Below are positions 30,976 through 43,536 of a stretch of DNA of 64,000 nucleotides, piece by piece (the first letter of the stretch is position 1; the number at the start of each line of letters is the position of its first letter). A model generated the notes under the pieces. The model was not told the origin of the DNA. It worked only from the letters and a program-made list of their open reading frames with translations, and searched no databases. The DNA comes from Podarcis melisellensis (taxonomy: Eukaryota), in NCBI GenBank assembly GCA_964234715.1, contig OZ174289.1; one strand, given 5' to 3'. The translations under genes and the position numbers were made by a program.

Positions 30976-31362
30976 GAAGAGTTGATGAAGTTGGTCATGT
31001 TTTGGCTGGATAAGAGGAGACTAAGAGGAGATATGACAGCAATCTTCCAATATCTAAATGGCTGTCACATGGAAGATGGAGCAAGCTGGTTTTCTCCTGC
31101 TCTGGAAGGTAGGACTTGAACCCATGGCTTCAAGTCACAATAAAAGAGATTCCAACTAAACATGGGGGGGTCTGAATGTAAGCAGTGTTCAGCAGTGGAA
31201 CAGACTCCCTTGGAAGGTGGTGGGGTCTCCTTCCTTGGAGGTTTTTAAGCAGAAGTTTAATGGCCATCTGTTATGGGTGCATCAGCTGAGGTCCCTGCAT
31301 TGCAGGGGGTTGGACTAGATGACCCTTGGGGTTTCCTTCCAACTTTACAATTCTTTGATTCT
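30976..31362 (+). mobile_element. CR1 LINE 3' end; short similar tails at about 26555-26715, 28440-28505, 58120-58190 and 63950-64000
   Basis: KRRLRGDMTAIFQYLNG motif; ends ttggactagatgaccct...ttccaac...attct(a/t)tgattct. Confidence 0.85.
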
Positions 31363-33459
31363 GGGTTAGTCTGTGGTCCTGCTTCTGGGCTTACCATTGG
31401 GGCATCTGGTTGGCCACTGTGACAACAGGGTGCAGGAGCAGTCCATCAGGACTCTTATGTTCAATTGGAGCCTCGGATGAAATACTTTATCCCAGTCTGC
31501 ATGCTTTCTGGAACCATTTTTAACTTCCATCTCAGGAGAGATAATTCAAAATCTCCTCTTTAGCATCACAGTCCCCAGCTCTTCCAGTCAGCCCTCCTTC
31601 CTTTATTGGAGAGGGAGGGTATGTCACAGCCTTGAAACCAGAACCCTTCTGCTGCCACCAACAGAGGGTTGATCAGCCTCGATCAGCCTTTATCTGTGGG
31701 CAACAATCCAAATCAGCCTCAATCAGTCTTTATCAATACAGATGTACCAAATTTTGGTTTGCGCTCACAAACTCCCAAATTGTGACGGCCCCTTTCTGAG
31801 TATGGGTTGGGAAAATGACAGCCATGTGGATCGGCTCTTAACTTTGAAGCAACCTCAATGGTGCCTATGGGGAGCCCCCTCCCTGGAATAAATAACTGCC
31901 CCCTGCACATCCGTGCAAGGTTCTAAACCTCAGGCTCTCCTGCACCTTCTTATCATGCCTTTATTTTATTACCTTTCCTCCCCCGCCCCTTTCTCAATCT
32001 ATCCAAAAAGAAAGATTTTGGAGGAAGCCAGTTTAATATTCATGACTGTTAATAGAGCAGACCCCTTTTCTTCCAGACTCATTGTTGCCCTGGTATTTCC
32101 TTCTCTGTACTCCCACAGTGATTCAGAAGGACTTTAATATTCATGGGTGTTAATAGAGAACCCCTAGTATATTGGGGCATTGTTCGGAGGTGTACATATT
32201 GCAAAGGACTCAATAGCCACTGTTTCCCTTTTCTCTTTCTTCTGCCCCCCTCCTTTCCCCCTCCCTTTCTTCCATTTTTTTTCCTGCACTCCAGATTGTG
32301 ATGGGACCCTCCCCCCTCCCTCCCCCAAGTCCTTTTCTCCTTTAGAAAAGGAAACATCTTTATTCCAGCTTTAGACTTTCTGGTTTCCTATTCAGAAGGC
32401 CTCCGAAATAATGTCAGGAGCAAGAACAGTGCATCAAATCAATCTTGCATGGTCTTTTGGAGACCAATTTGACATCCATGGAGTCGTGGTCTCTTTTCGC
32501 TAGCTTTTTTTTTTAAAAAAACAGAGGAGGGGTGATGAAGAAAGACGTGCAAAAGAAGGAGGGGTATTTTGGGAGGGAGAGAAACTAGAAAGAGCCCAAG
32601 GATGGAGTGATTCGAGGGGGTGGGTGAGAGAAGGAAAATGAGCAGAGATGTCAATGCGATAAAAAAAAAAGATTAGCCCCCAACAGCTGCTTTGGGGTGG
32701 GGTGGGGTTAGCTGGGAGGGGTCTTTTCCAAGCCTCTTTCAGCCCCCCTAGTGCATGAATAGGGATGTTATGTGTGTTGTGGGGTGCGGGGCGGAGAAAG
32801 AGAAGAGGCAAGATTGATTTATGGTTCTTGAGCGTCAACATTTATTGCTCTTAAAGTGTGCAGGGGAAAGTAAAGAGAAAAGGGGGACCCCCCATGGAAA
32901 GAAGGAGGCCTTTTGTAGGAAAGGGGATCGAATGAAGAGCGGGGAGCTCATCTACAGGGACTGATGGGAATTTGATTGGCGAGGGGGGGGGGTGTATATG
33001 TGTGATACGGATTCTTTTATCGCGCGCTGATCTCCCTGGTTCTTTTTTCGGGGTGGCGATGTGAGAGAACGGGGTTGGTTCTGCAGCTGATAACTAACTA
33101 TTGGGGGGGGGAGGCAGATTTTCCATTTTCCCTCAAAAAAAGGGGGGGAGGGAAGGAGGAGGGAAGAGAAAGAGTCCTCAATAGCTCTTGAAGGCCTCTC
33201 TGTGGCTACAATTACCAATTTGTGAATGGGGGAAAAGAATAGGGTTGAGTTTCCCTCCCTTGAGTTTGTCCTCCATGTCACCCCATATCCACACACACCT
33301 CTTTTCACCCCATGTATACAAACACCTCTTCTTCCCCCCCATCTTTTTTATTTTGAAAGAAATCCACCCCAAATCATACTGGGTGGCCTTTCTGTGGCTA
33401 GTTGGTAGCTGAGCCACATGTGGCTGTGAAATTAATGAACTTGAGAATTATATAGATGC

Positions 33460-33494
<35 letters not shown>

Positions 33495-34539
33495 GATATA
33501 GAAGGATTATTATTTTTTACCTATCCTTCCACCCTGAGGCTTCAGGGCAGGTTACAACATTGAAAAGTAACGTCAGAAGCAGTTTAGCATAATGTATACA
33601 GGTGTAATGAAATGAGGGAAAGAATAGGGTATTCTTTTGGATTACACAGTTTATCTGTATTTACTGCTGAAAACGCATAAGGACAAATTTTTATTTTTTA
33701 AAAAGGAATCAATTAATGGGCCTATGTTAGTCACGCCCATTCATTTCAATGGGCCTACTCTGAGTAGGGCTCCTACTGGAGCCAAACCCCTAAGAACTCA
33801 GGCATAGCGATTAGAGTGTTGATCTAGGATCTGGGAGAGGCTAGGGTTCAAATCCCTGCCTTTCTGCCTATAGCCTATCTCACAGAGTTGTTTTGGGGAT
33901 TAAATGAGTACTGGGACCTGGGAGACCAGCGTTCAAATCCCCACTCGCCCCCCACGTACGTGGTTCATTCTAGTTTCACATAGCCACATGGGTCCCTCTC
34001 TGCATGCAATGAGTATGCAAAGCCTAAAACCTTTCAGGCAAAGTATTCGGACGGAAGTTGATTTAAGTTAATTAAGGTACTCAGAGTAGATCTATTTAAA
34101 CTGATGAACGCGAGTCGTTACAACTCCCAGCACCTTGAACAAACTACAGTTCCCGGGATTCCTTGGGAGAAGTAATACAGAAAGGTATGGGTCATTTAAG
34201 TTAGGGGGCATTAAAAAAAGGATGGTGAGGAGAGAGCCAGAGCCCCCCCCCCATTCCCTACTAAGCGGAGCTCTGATTCCTTTCATTCACCCCCTCCTTC
34301 CCAGCAAGCAAATCGATTGGGGACCCCCCTCCCCAGAGGCCAGAATGGTTGGGAGGGAGCGAGAGATACATTTTAAACCAGTGGCTGAAAGTCTGTCTTT
34401 TGAACTTTCTCTCTTCAATCCTCCCCCTCCCCAAAAGTCTCCCCTCCTTTCGCCTATGCTAGCAGATTTCCTTCCCAACATCTGCTTGGCCACCAAATCT
34501 AGGCTCTAGGGCAGATCTTTAAGCCTCCCTGGTTAGGGC

Positions 34540-36240
34540 GGGAAAGGGGGGGGGCAAGTCATTAAAAAGATATTAGCGACCCCGCGAAGACGCAGCTAAA
34601 GCACCGGGCCATTTATTGATGTAGTGGCTGGGGGGGGGGGCGAGCAAAAGGAAACCAACCAATTTCTTTTTAAAAATGAAATAGGGATTTCTGGACCCTG
34701 GAAGGAAAAGGCACTCCCGCCTGCGCTGACTTTAACTGCCCGCCCCCCCCCCCGCCACTTCCAATGGGCCCTTTTAGGAAAAACGCCGCCGGTGTCTCTT
34801 GCAGCTGAACCATCTGGGAAGGGGGCTTGCCTGGCTCCCCCCCCCCGCCCCATCAGCCTCTGCCTTGCTGCTCTTCCGTCAGTTTCCTGCCTTCTCCTCC
34901 GTTCCCCTCTGGTTGAGTTCTTGGGACTTTTTCTTTCTCTTCGTTTTCTATCTCTCACCCTCTCTCCGCCTCTGTCAAACACGCGCGCCCACATTCATTC
35001 TGTCCCTCACCCACTCCTGCCTTTCTCACCCCTTCTATGACGACGACGACGACGACTAAATTACTATTCTTACTGTAAATATTCTCATTATTGCTAAATA
35101 ATAATGGATTTGACGCAGAGTGCCCAATCAATGGGTCTGGTTTTACTCAGCGTTGACCTATTAAAACTAATGGAACCTTAGTGAGTCAGGTTCATCGAAT
35201 TCAAGGGGTCTGCTCTGAGTAGGGCGAGCAGCGGATACAACCCAGTTCTTCCCTACCAGCTTCTTCTTCTCCCCGCGCCCACCTCCCCAAATCTTTTCCA
35301 TGCCATCTCTCCGCACTGACCAACAAAAAAATAAAATTAAGACCATCCCTCTTTAAAAAAATTAAAAGGATAAACTAAGCCTGGAGCCATCAGGTCCTTT
35401 GCCAATGGAAGCCAAGCTCCCGAGCTCTTCCTACTCAGCCTGAGATTATGCGCTCTCGTTTTTGGTGGGGTCCACTCCCCCCCCCCCGCGCAGATCATTC
35501 TCAAGGTGTCATCGACGAGCACGTTCTTTCAGATTTCCCAAGCTCACAAAAGGCCAAGCTGCTGTTTGGGGTCTTTCCCCCTCTTCTGCTTTCTGGAAGC
35601 CCCCCGCCCCAAGAACAACAACAACAGCAGTAACAAAAGAAAGAAATAGCCAACGTTTTTCAACAGCTCTAACTCAAGGAGGGAGCGGAGGAGGCGCCCC
35701 TTTTAACTAGAGGCGATCCGGGCCTGGGAGGAGCGCGGGGGGGGGGGGGTCGCTTGTTTGTAGGGATCACGTTTAATTAGCTGTGGACAATTCCAGGAAG
35801 ACAAAAGCACCTCAGTCTGGATCCAATCCGAAACTCATTTGGAACAGCCTGAACAAAAAAAATAAGAAAAAGAAGAGGGATCAAGCAAAACAGCTACAAA
35901 GGGGGCTTTCTTTGGGGAGGGTGAAGAGGAGAAGGCAGGTGACTGGCACGTGGAAAAGAACAAGCCTCCGTCTCTCCCCCCCCCCCCTCAGGTCCGAGGT
36001 AGGACTTCAGAGGAGTTTTTCAAAGCTGCTTCAACATCCTTGACGGGGCTCACCCAGCTCTTAATGGGGGAGACAGAGGAACCCTCTTTTTGGAGAGCCG
36101 TGCCTTTTCGCCCGAACGCTTGGGAACGTCGCCAACTGTTCCGTGCGCCCCGGCTGCTGCTCGCCTGCAGACAATGCCTTTGGAAAAGCGGGCCTAGGAG
36201 GGAAGGAAGGAAGCGGAGCTGGGGAAGGGCATCATCATCC
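34540..36240. promoter_or_regulatory. Orphan CpG/GC-rich region about 16 kb upstream of PRDM12
   Basis: Elevated CpG, GC boxes (GGGCGG at about 34536, CCCGCC at 34716 and 34739) and TAAT/TTTAT motifs; no ORF with recognisable homology. Confidence 0.5.
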
Positions 36241-36955
36241 AATTAAGGTTTTCATCGGCCATCCAAGGAAGCTGAATGTTGAAAGTGTGGAACAGATAAA
36301 AGAAAGGCCTTCTTCACACAGTGCATAGCTAAACTGAGGAACTCTCCGCTCCCCCAGGAGGCAGGCAGTGGTGGCCACCAAATTGGGTGGCTTAAAAAAA
36401 GGGTTGAACAAATCCATGGAACAAAAAAGCACGATGGCTGCGTTCTACTTCGATGGTAGATGGCAGCAAATGTTTCTGAATACCGCTTGCTGGAAACCAC
36501 AGGAGTGGAGAGTGCTTTTGTGCTTGGGGTCCTGCTTGTGTTGCGGGTGTTCCATTAGGGCATCTGGTTGGCCACTGTGAGAATAGAACACTAGACTGGA
36601 ACATTAAGCGCATAATTAAACTGTGGAACTCCCTCCCACAGGAGGCCGTGATGGCCACAATATTGCATAGCTTAAAAAAAAAGGAATGGGCAATTTCATG
36701 GCGGAGAGAGCTATCAGTGGTTACTAGCCATGATGGCTGTGCTCTGCTTCCAGGTTGGAGGCAGCAATATGTCTTCAGACCAGTTGTTGGAAACCACAGG
36801 AGTTGTTGGTCCCTGTGAGAAAAGGATGCTGCACTAGATGGGCAAATGGCCTGAGCCAGCAGGCTCCATTTATGTTCTTAAGGGCACATCCCAGCTGGGC
36901 AAGAACATTTGAGGTGTGAAGCAACGGCCTTGGGAAGGGTTTTGGTGGCCAAGTA

Positions 36956-37291
36956 AAGGTAAAGGGACCCCTGACCATTAGGTCCAGTCGCGGCGCTTAT
37001 CTCGCTTTATTGGCCGAGGGAGCCGATGTACAGCTTCCGGGTCATGTGGCCAGTATGACTGAGCTGCTTCTGGCGAACCAGAGCAGTGCACGGAAACGCC
37101 GTTTACCTTCCCGCCGGAACGGTACCTATTTATCTACGTACTTGCACTTTGATGTGCTTTCGAACTGCTAGGTTGGCAGGAGCAGGGACCGAGCAACGGG
37201 AGCTCACCCCATCGCTGGGATTCGAACCGCCAATCTTCTGATCGGCAAGTCCTAGGCTCTGTGGTTTAACCCACAGCGCCACCCATGTCCC
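36956..37291 (-). mobile_element. Sauria SINE, second subfamily
   Basis: Head GGGACATGGGTGGCGCTGTGGGTTAAACC on the minus strand; B box; tail reads AAAGGTAAAGG on plus; TSD TGGTGGCCAAGTA (36943-36955, 37297-37309). Confidence 0.9.
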
Positions 37292-38506
37292 TATTATGGT
37301 GGCCAAGTAGAGAAGCCCAAAGGGCTGCATTTGGCTTGAAATATTTGCCACACCTTCTTTTGAGCAACAAGCCCTTGCTTCGGTTAAGTAAATACATGAC
37401 CCTATCATAGCTGGCAAGAGCTTAGAAATGAAAACAATAAACACCTTTCCTTTTTAAAGAAGGAAAAACATGGTATCGGTTGACCCGCTTACACCCATTC
37501 AGCTACACTGATTGGCAGAACTGGCCTTGTGACAAGTAATGGCCATTCCACATTTGTAAGAACTTGCTGTTTTAGTGTGGCAGAACCTATCCCTTGGAAC
37601 TCCCTGCCTATTGACATCAGGCAAGTGCCTTCACTGCACTCTTTCCCATCACCTGCTAAAATCATTTTTGTTTAGGCAAGCCTTCCCAGTGCTTAGTGAG
37701 TTGATGCAAGACTTAACCTGTTCTTAGTCTATTGTTGCTTTAACTTTTTGACTGTCTTAAATTATTGTTGTTAATGTTCCTTGGTGAGGTGATATTTTTA
37801 TTGTTTTGTCTTCTTTGTAAGAAGCTTTGATACTTTGCAACAGAAATACAGTAGTAATAATCAAGCGGCGTACAAAGCTTATGAAATAAATAAGTTAATA
37901 AATAAATGTAGGGGAGACACTTTGCAAACTTCCAAGAAGCAGGGCTCGTGTCGTCTTAAAATTAATTGCCAAGGTCAAGGATTTGGAAGTAGTGGTCAGC
38001 AACCATGTAATCAATTGGCACGCCATGCTGTGCATTAATGGCCTCCACTTTGAAAGATGGCACTCGGGGGATTTTGAAAATGTACCTGCATGGTGCCAGC
38101 CACCCAGCAGTCTGATCTTGGAGTGGCTGAGATATTTAAAAAGCCCATTTCATTCCCAGAGTCTTGACTTCTCTGCAGTCTCTCTGGTTCCTGTGTAAAC
38201 ATAGCCCAGGTCCATCAACAGTCTGATTATCATAGTGGAGAAGAGATTCAGGCATTGTGTCATTCTCTTTGCCTCTGTGGGCATCACCAGAACCATTGCG
38301 AGATATTTGTGCTCCTTTTACGCTCCTATAATGATATTTTTTTCAAGATCACTTTAGCAAATAGTCCCGCACATTTTTAATGAAGTGGAAAAGGCAGCCT
38401 TGGGGTGAATGTGCCATGTTTCTGAGCTATCCCATCAGTTCATAATAGGGTCTTGGGAATAAGTGAATTGCTCAGTTTCGGCTTTTTGCAGATTCTCATT
38501 TTTTAA

Positions 38507-38507
<1 letters not shown>

Positions 38508-38552
<45 letters not shown>
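38508..38552. repeat. (ATT)n microsatellite; similar tracts at about 12107-12125 and 12587-12615
   Basis: Direct reading. Confidence 0.93.
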
Positions 38553-38553
<1 letters not shown>

Positions 38554-38595
38554 ACCAAAGCTAGTGTCCTGTAGTGCTAGAGTTTTGGACAAGGA

Positions 38596-38830
38596 CAGGG
38601 TAGGGAGCCTAAGGCCTGAGGGCTGGATGCGGCCCAATTGCCTTCTCAATCCAGCCCATGGATGGTCCGGGAATCAGCATGTTTTTACATGAGTAGAATG
38701 TGTCCTTTTATTTAAAATGCATCTCTGGGTTATTTGTGGGGCATAGGAATTCATTCATTTCCCTCCCCAAAATATATTCCGGCCCACCACATGGTCTGAG
38801 GGACGGTGGATGGCCCATGGCTGACCCCTG
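38596..38830. mobile_element. Second copy (reverse orientation) of the 8205-8449 hAT family, nested in a SINE
   Basis: Shared internal sequence (tttacatgagtagaatgtgtccttttatttaaaatgcatctctgggt); TSD GACAAGGA/GACTAGGA. Confidence 0.8.
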
Positions 38831-41800
38831 GACTAGGACCTGGAGACCAGGGTTCAAATCCCCCACGCTGCTATGAAGCTCACTGGTGACCTGAGGCGAG
38901 TCACTGACTCTCAGCCTATCCTCATTGTAGGGTCGTTGTGGTGCTTAAATGAGAAGGAGGAGAACCATGTTAGCCATTTTGAGATCCTTGGAGCAAAAGC
39001 TGGGATATGAATAACTAAGTAAAACAAAACAGTGTATATGCAAAATACTCCAAATCAACAAAATGGTGTCAATAAATTTAGCCTGGCACAATCTCACACT
39101 TTGTACAGCTTGGCATTTTGAAATATCAGAAAAAATAATAAAATAAAATAAAATAAAAGAATAGCCCTAATGAATAAGACTTCCAACATACTAAGTGGGT
39201 TCAAGTTTGAATTTCAAACCATCAATAAGATAGATATTTATCTGTGTCAATTTCCCATTTTGCTCATAATATTGATTATAAATAATAATAGGTTTGTAAA
39301 ACCCATGCTTCTCTGTAATCTTATATGATATATTTGTGTACATTAAGGTGGGCTATGAGTTCAAGAACTAAGCAGCTAATTTGTAAGTTTGTGGCTTTTG
39401 AAAACTTACAAAATTATTTGCTTTTCAAAAAAACCCTATATAGTGGAGTTTGACTTTTTTGTTCTCATTCTCAGATTCTTGCTTTTTAACTTTAAATTTA
39501 GTTATATGCATTTCCATGAAAATTCGTTATTTATATCCACCACCAACACCCCATCTATCAGCAGTGAATTTCTCCATGGTTTTCTATATGGTTTTGACTA
39601 AAATACACATTCTGATGAGCAATTTCCCCCTGAATTATTGCAATCCTGTAAATCATTTTCATGATTATACCTTTTTTCTTTTTTCTCTCTTTTTAACACA
39701 TACTTTCCTTTAATATGTGCATTTGTTTGATATTGGGGGGGGGGGGTTGGAGAATTGCATTGCAAAATTCACAGAAGGGCGAATTACAAAGCCTGGCTGC
39801 ATTTTGGTCTATGAAGCACAAATTAGGTCATTTCTCATCAAAGCAAAAACAAAACCCAGGGTTGTTGCCCCCTCAGTGTTTCTCAGAGTAGGCCCACTGA
39901 AATTATCAGGCCTAAGGTAGCCATGCCCATTCCTTTCAATGGGCCTACACTTGGTGGGTCTAACATAGGCTATAACCCTGAATTCCCCCCCCCCTACCAG
40001 GGTCTCAAGCAGAGAAGGTTCTTCCTTACACTCCAAAGAGCTTTTGGAAAGAAAAAGCTCCAGGGTGGTATGCTACACTCAAGAAAAAGGGAGCCCCCAC
40101 CCCAACAATATGAAACACACATCACATCTAATTGTGGTTCCTCACAGGCTGTGTTTAACTACCAAGGCAAACCAAACAGATATACAGTACAATGAAAATC
40201 TGTAGCATTAGCAAGCCTACATTTTGGAGGCCCTTTCACAAACAACAACAAGGTCTGTTATCTTCTTTGCTGGAGTTGTTCCACAACAGATCATCGCAAT
40301 TTTTAAAATTTAATTTAACTACTTCATCTCAGATTTTGATTAAAATTGCTGTGCTGGATGGTCTCACAGATCAAAATCCTATGCCTTATAGTTTTTGAGT
40401 TATGTGAAGGTATGAAATTTACTGAACCTAAATTCCAGGACCCCTAATCTCAGAAGTGCCAGTTTTGGGGCAGTTCTGGGATTAGGGGTCCTGAAATGTA
40501 AGCTTTGTTAATTTAATAGTAAATCTGCTCCTGCCTGCCTGCTAGAAAACATCAAAATTTGATTACTATAATGCAGACTGTGTAGGGCTCCCCTCATGCC
40601 TAATCTGGAGGCTTCAGCTGATGAAAAAACTGCAGCTAAACTCTTGATGGGGACAGCCTATCGCCAGCGCATAACAACAGCGCTCAAAAGTCTGCCCTGG
40701 TTGCCTATACTCTACTGGGCCAGGTTCAAGTTTCTTAATTCATGAGGCCCTTAGCATCTTGGGTCCTGGATACCTCAGGGACCACCTGATCCTTTATGTC
40801 CCTGCTCAATCACAGAGGTCTGTTAGCAGGGGAATAGTGGGGGAGCAGGGGGGTTGTTGTCCCAGGTGCACAATCTTCTGCAGAGATCCCCATCACGGTC
40901 TGCTTGCAGTGGGGACTGGAGAGCACAGAGGATGAAGATCACTCTCTGCGCAATCCACCCGGCACATGAGTGCTCACCCATTGGTGGTGGGGGCTGGGGA
41001 GTGCAGAGGGTGAAGAGCACCCTCTGTACCCCATACACCCAGCATGTGTGCAATCCTCCCCTGCTTGGGGTGTGTGCATGCACACCCACCCAGGACACTG
41101 GCAAGCAGCACTACACCCTTAGCTGTTTGTGGGTCCCCCGTGACTTGGATCCACAGCTCATATCCATCAGGAATCATGCTGCATTCAGTATTGTAGGTTC
41201 GAGTCTGTGGAACTTCTTCCCACCTGAGATCAGAGAGGCCCGCTTGAAAAACACTTATCTATTCCAGCAAGGTTTTTTTATTTGAAGCCTGGTTTTATAG
41301 TTTAAACTTATTTTTTTACCCATTTCCTTCACTGTTTTAAATTTTCAGACAACTGAGATAAGAGGCAGGATGAAACATAACCCAGATAAATGGTTATTAT
41401 TTTGAATTACGAGGGGACACTATAATCTTTTCAGTGTTTTCAGTGTTCCACTGGCCCTGGAAACACACCTAAAGTTGGAGAAAGACAAAGGGGCACCTTT
41501 TTAACTTTTCCCTGTTGACAAGTGATCTTCTGAGTGATGCTTGAAATATACTAGGAAAGCCACCCCTTCCTGGCTTTCCATTTTAACCATTGCCTGCCCA
41601 CCTGGTCTGCAAAAATAAACAAAGACCAAGAACTACAGGAAGATTGTTGTCCTGCCTGGGGTTCTGGATAAGTTTAATATTCTCCAGTGAATAGCCCAGA
41701 TATGGGTTCCCGCTGCTGAGAGTGTGAGGTGGGGTAGGGCAGCTAGGTTGAGTGATGCACCCCAGACAATGGGAAGGGCCCAGTTAATTGCTTTGGGGCA

Positions 41801-42658
41801 AAAAGGACACCTGCACCCAGGGATTAAGAGAGCCATCCAGGAGGGACAATGAGAGATCAGAGGCTTCATGCTCTCCCCCTCCCCGCTAAAAATCTAATTG
41901 AAAGAGGATTTCCCTCAGAGATAAGGGAAGGGGTGGAACAAGGATTTCTAAAGCAGGAGGGGTTGTGTTTGTGTGTGGAATTAAGAGATGGATACAAGCA
42001 CATTACGGGATGCACAAAACTGTACATGAATCTTTCATCAGTTAATTGATTGGATTGGTTAAAAGTTTTGGGTTGCATCCGGCAAAGTTTACTTGGAGGA
42101 AACCCAGTGAAATTAATGAATATAATATATGAACATAAGAAGAGTCTGCAGGATCAGGCCAATGGCCCATCTAGCCCAGAATGCTGTTCTCACAGTGGCC
42201 AACCAGATGCCCCAGCAGGGAAACACTCAAGCAAGAACCAAGCAGAAAAATTCTCCTCCTGCTGTGGCTCCCTGCAACTGGTATTCATATTCTTTTCTGC
42301 CTCTGACCTTGGAGGCAGAGTACAATCATCCTGGCTAATAGCCTTTGATGACCCTCTCCTCTGTGAATTTGTCCAGGCCATCTAGATTGGTGGCCATCCT
42401 TTTCTCCTGTGAGAGTGTTCCATAGCTTACCTAATGGGCTGCATGAAGAACTTGATTTTGTCTGTCCTTCATCTTCCAAAATCCAGTTTTATTGGATACC
42501 CATGAGTTCTAGTGTTATGAGAGAGGAATGACAATGTTTTCCCACCCACTTTGCCCAGGCCATACATAATTTTCTAAACCTCTATCATGCCGTGTCTATC
42601 ATGGTATCCACTTCTCACAGCAGCCAACCAGATGCCTATTAAAGGGAAGCTTACATGC

Positions 42659-43536
42659 AGTAGTGGGACTGCAGTAAAATAAAAATGTTTTGGCAAATGA
42701 TATACAAAGAGCTAAAGAAAATGTTCCATTTAACATTTGGGAAAAAGCCTGGCGCTTTCTTATTAGGGATAGTGGGAAAAGACCTGCCAAAGAAACTAAA
42801 AAATATCTTTATGTATGCAACAAGGGCGGCAAGAATCTTAATAGCACAAGGATGGAAGAATGAGGAAATCCCGACGAAAGAACTGTGGCAAGAAAAACGG
42901 ATGGATTATGTGGAATTGGCAAAACTGACACACAAACTACGAGATAAGGATAACTGTGACTTTAAAGACGAATGGGAACCTTTTATGAAATATTTGAAGA
43001 AGCAACAAAATGAACTGGACTCTTTGGCAGGTTTTGAATAAACATTCATAAACTGTTTATTGTAATATATAGATAGACAACTTGAGGATCTTTACAGTTT
43101 TAAAACATGCAGATAGAAATATGTGTTGAGAAACCAGAGAAAGGAGCTGAGGGAAGTCTGGGGGTGGGGTGGGAAGTTGGGTTTTTTTGTTTGGGGGGAG
43201 GGGGGAAATAATAATAATGTGGATGATGTACCGTATTTTTCGCTCTATAAGATGCACCAGACCACAAGACGCACCTAGTTTTTGGAGGAGGAAAACAAGA
43301 AAAAAAATATTCTGAATCTCAGAAGCCAGAGATTCAGCAAGAATCCCTCTTGCTGTTCTGGCTTCTGGGGTAGTTGTGCAGCCTGCATTCGCTCCATAAG
43401 ACGCACACACATTTCCCCTTATTTTTTAGGAGGGAAAAAGTGAGTCTTATAGAGCAAAAAATACGGGTATTTTTGATAAAACCATTGTGTTGAAATTTCC
43501 TATATATATATATATTCCCTTTATATATATATATAT
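42659..43536 (+). mobile_element. 5'-truncated L1-clade LINE (ORF2 C-terminus plus 3' UTR) with 16-bp TSD
   Basis: WDCSKIKMFW...AARILIAQGWK..IPTKELW..W.PF is typical of L1/Tx1 ORF2 ends (ORF 42685-43041); TSD AGGGAAGCTTACATGC at 42643-42658 and 43537-43552. Confidence 0.82.
43231..43466. mobile_element. Tc1/mariner (pogo-type) MITE inserted in an L1 3' UTR
   Basis: TIR CCGTATTTTTCGCTCTATAAGA / TCTTATAGAGCAAAAAATACGG; TA on the left. Confidence 0.82.

Noticed and set aside
42685-43041. Clean 118-aa ORF as a host gene
   Set aside because: It is the C-terminus of an L1-clade ORF2 inside a TSD-flanked insertion.
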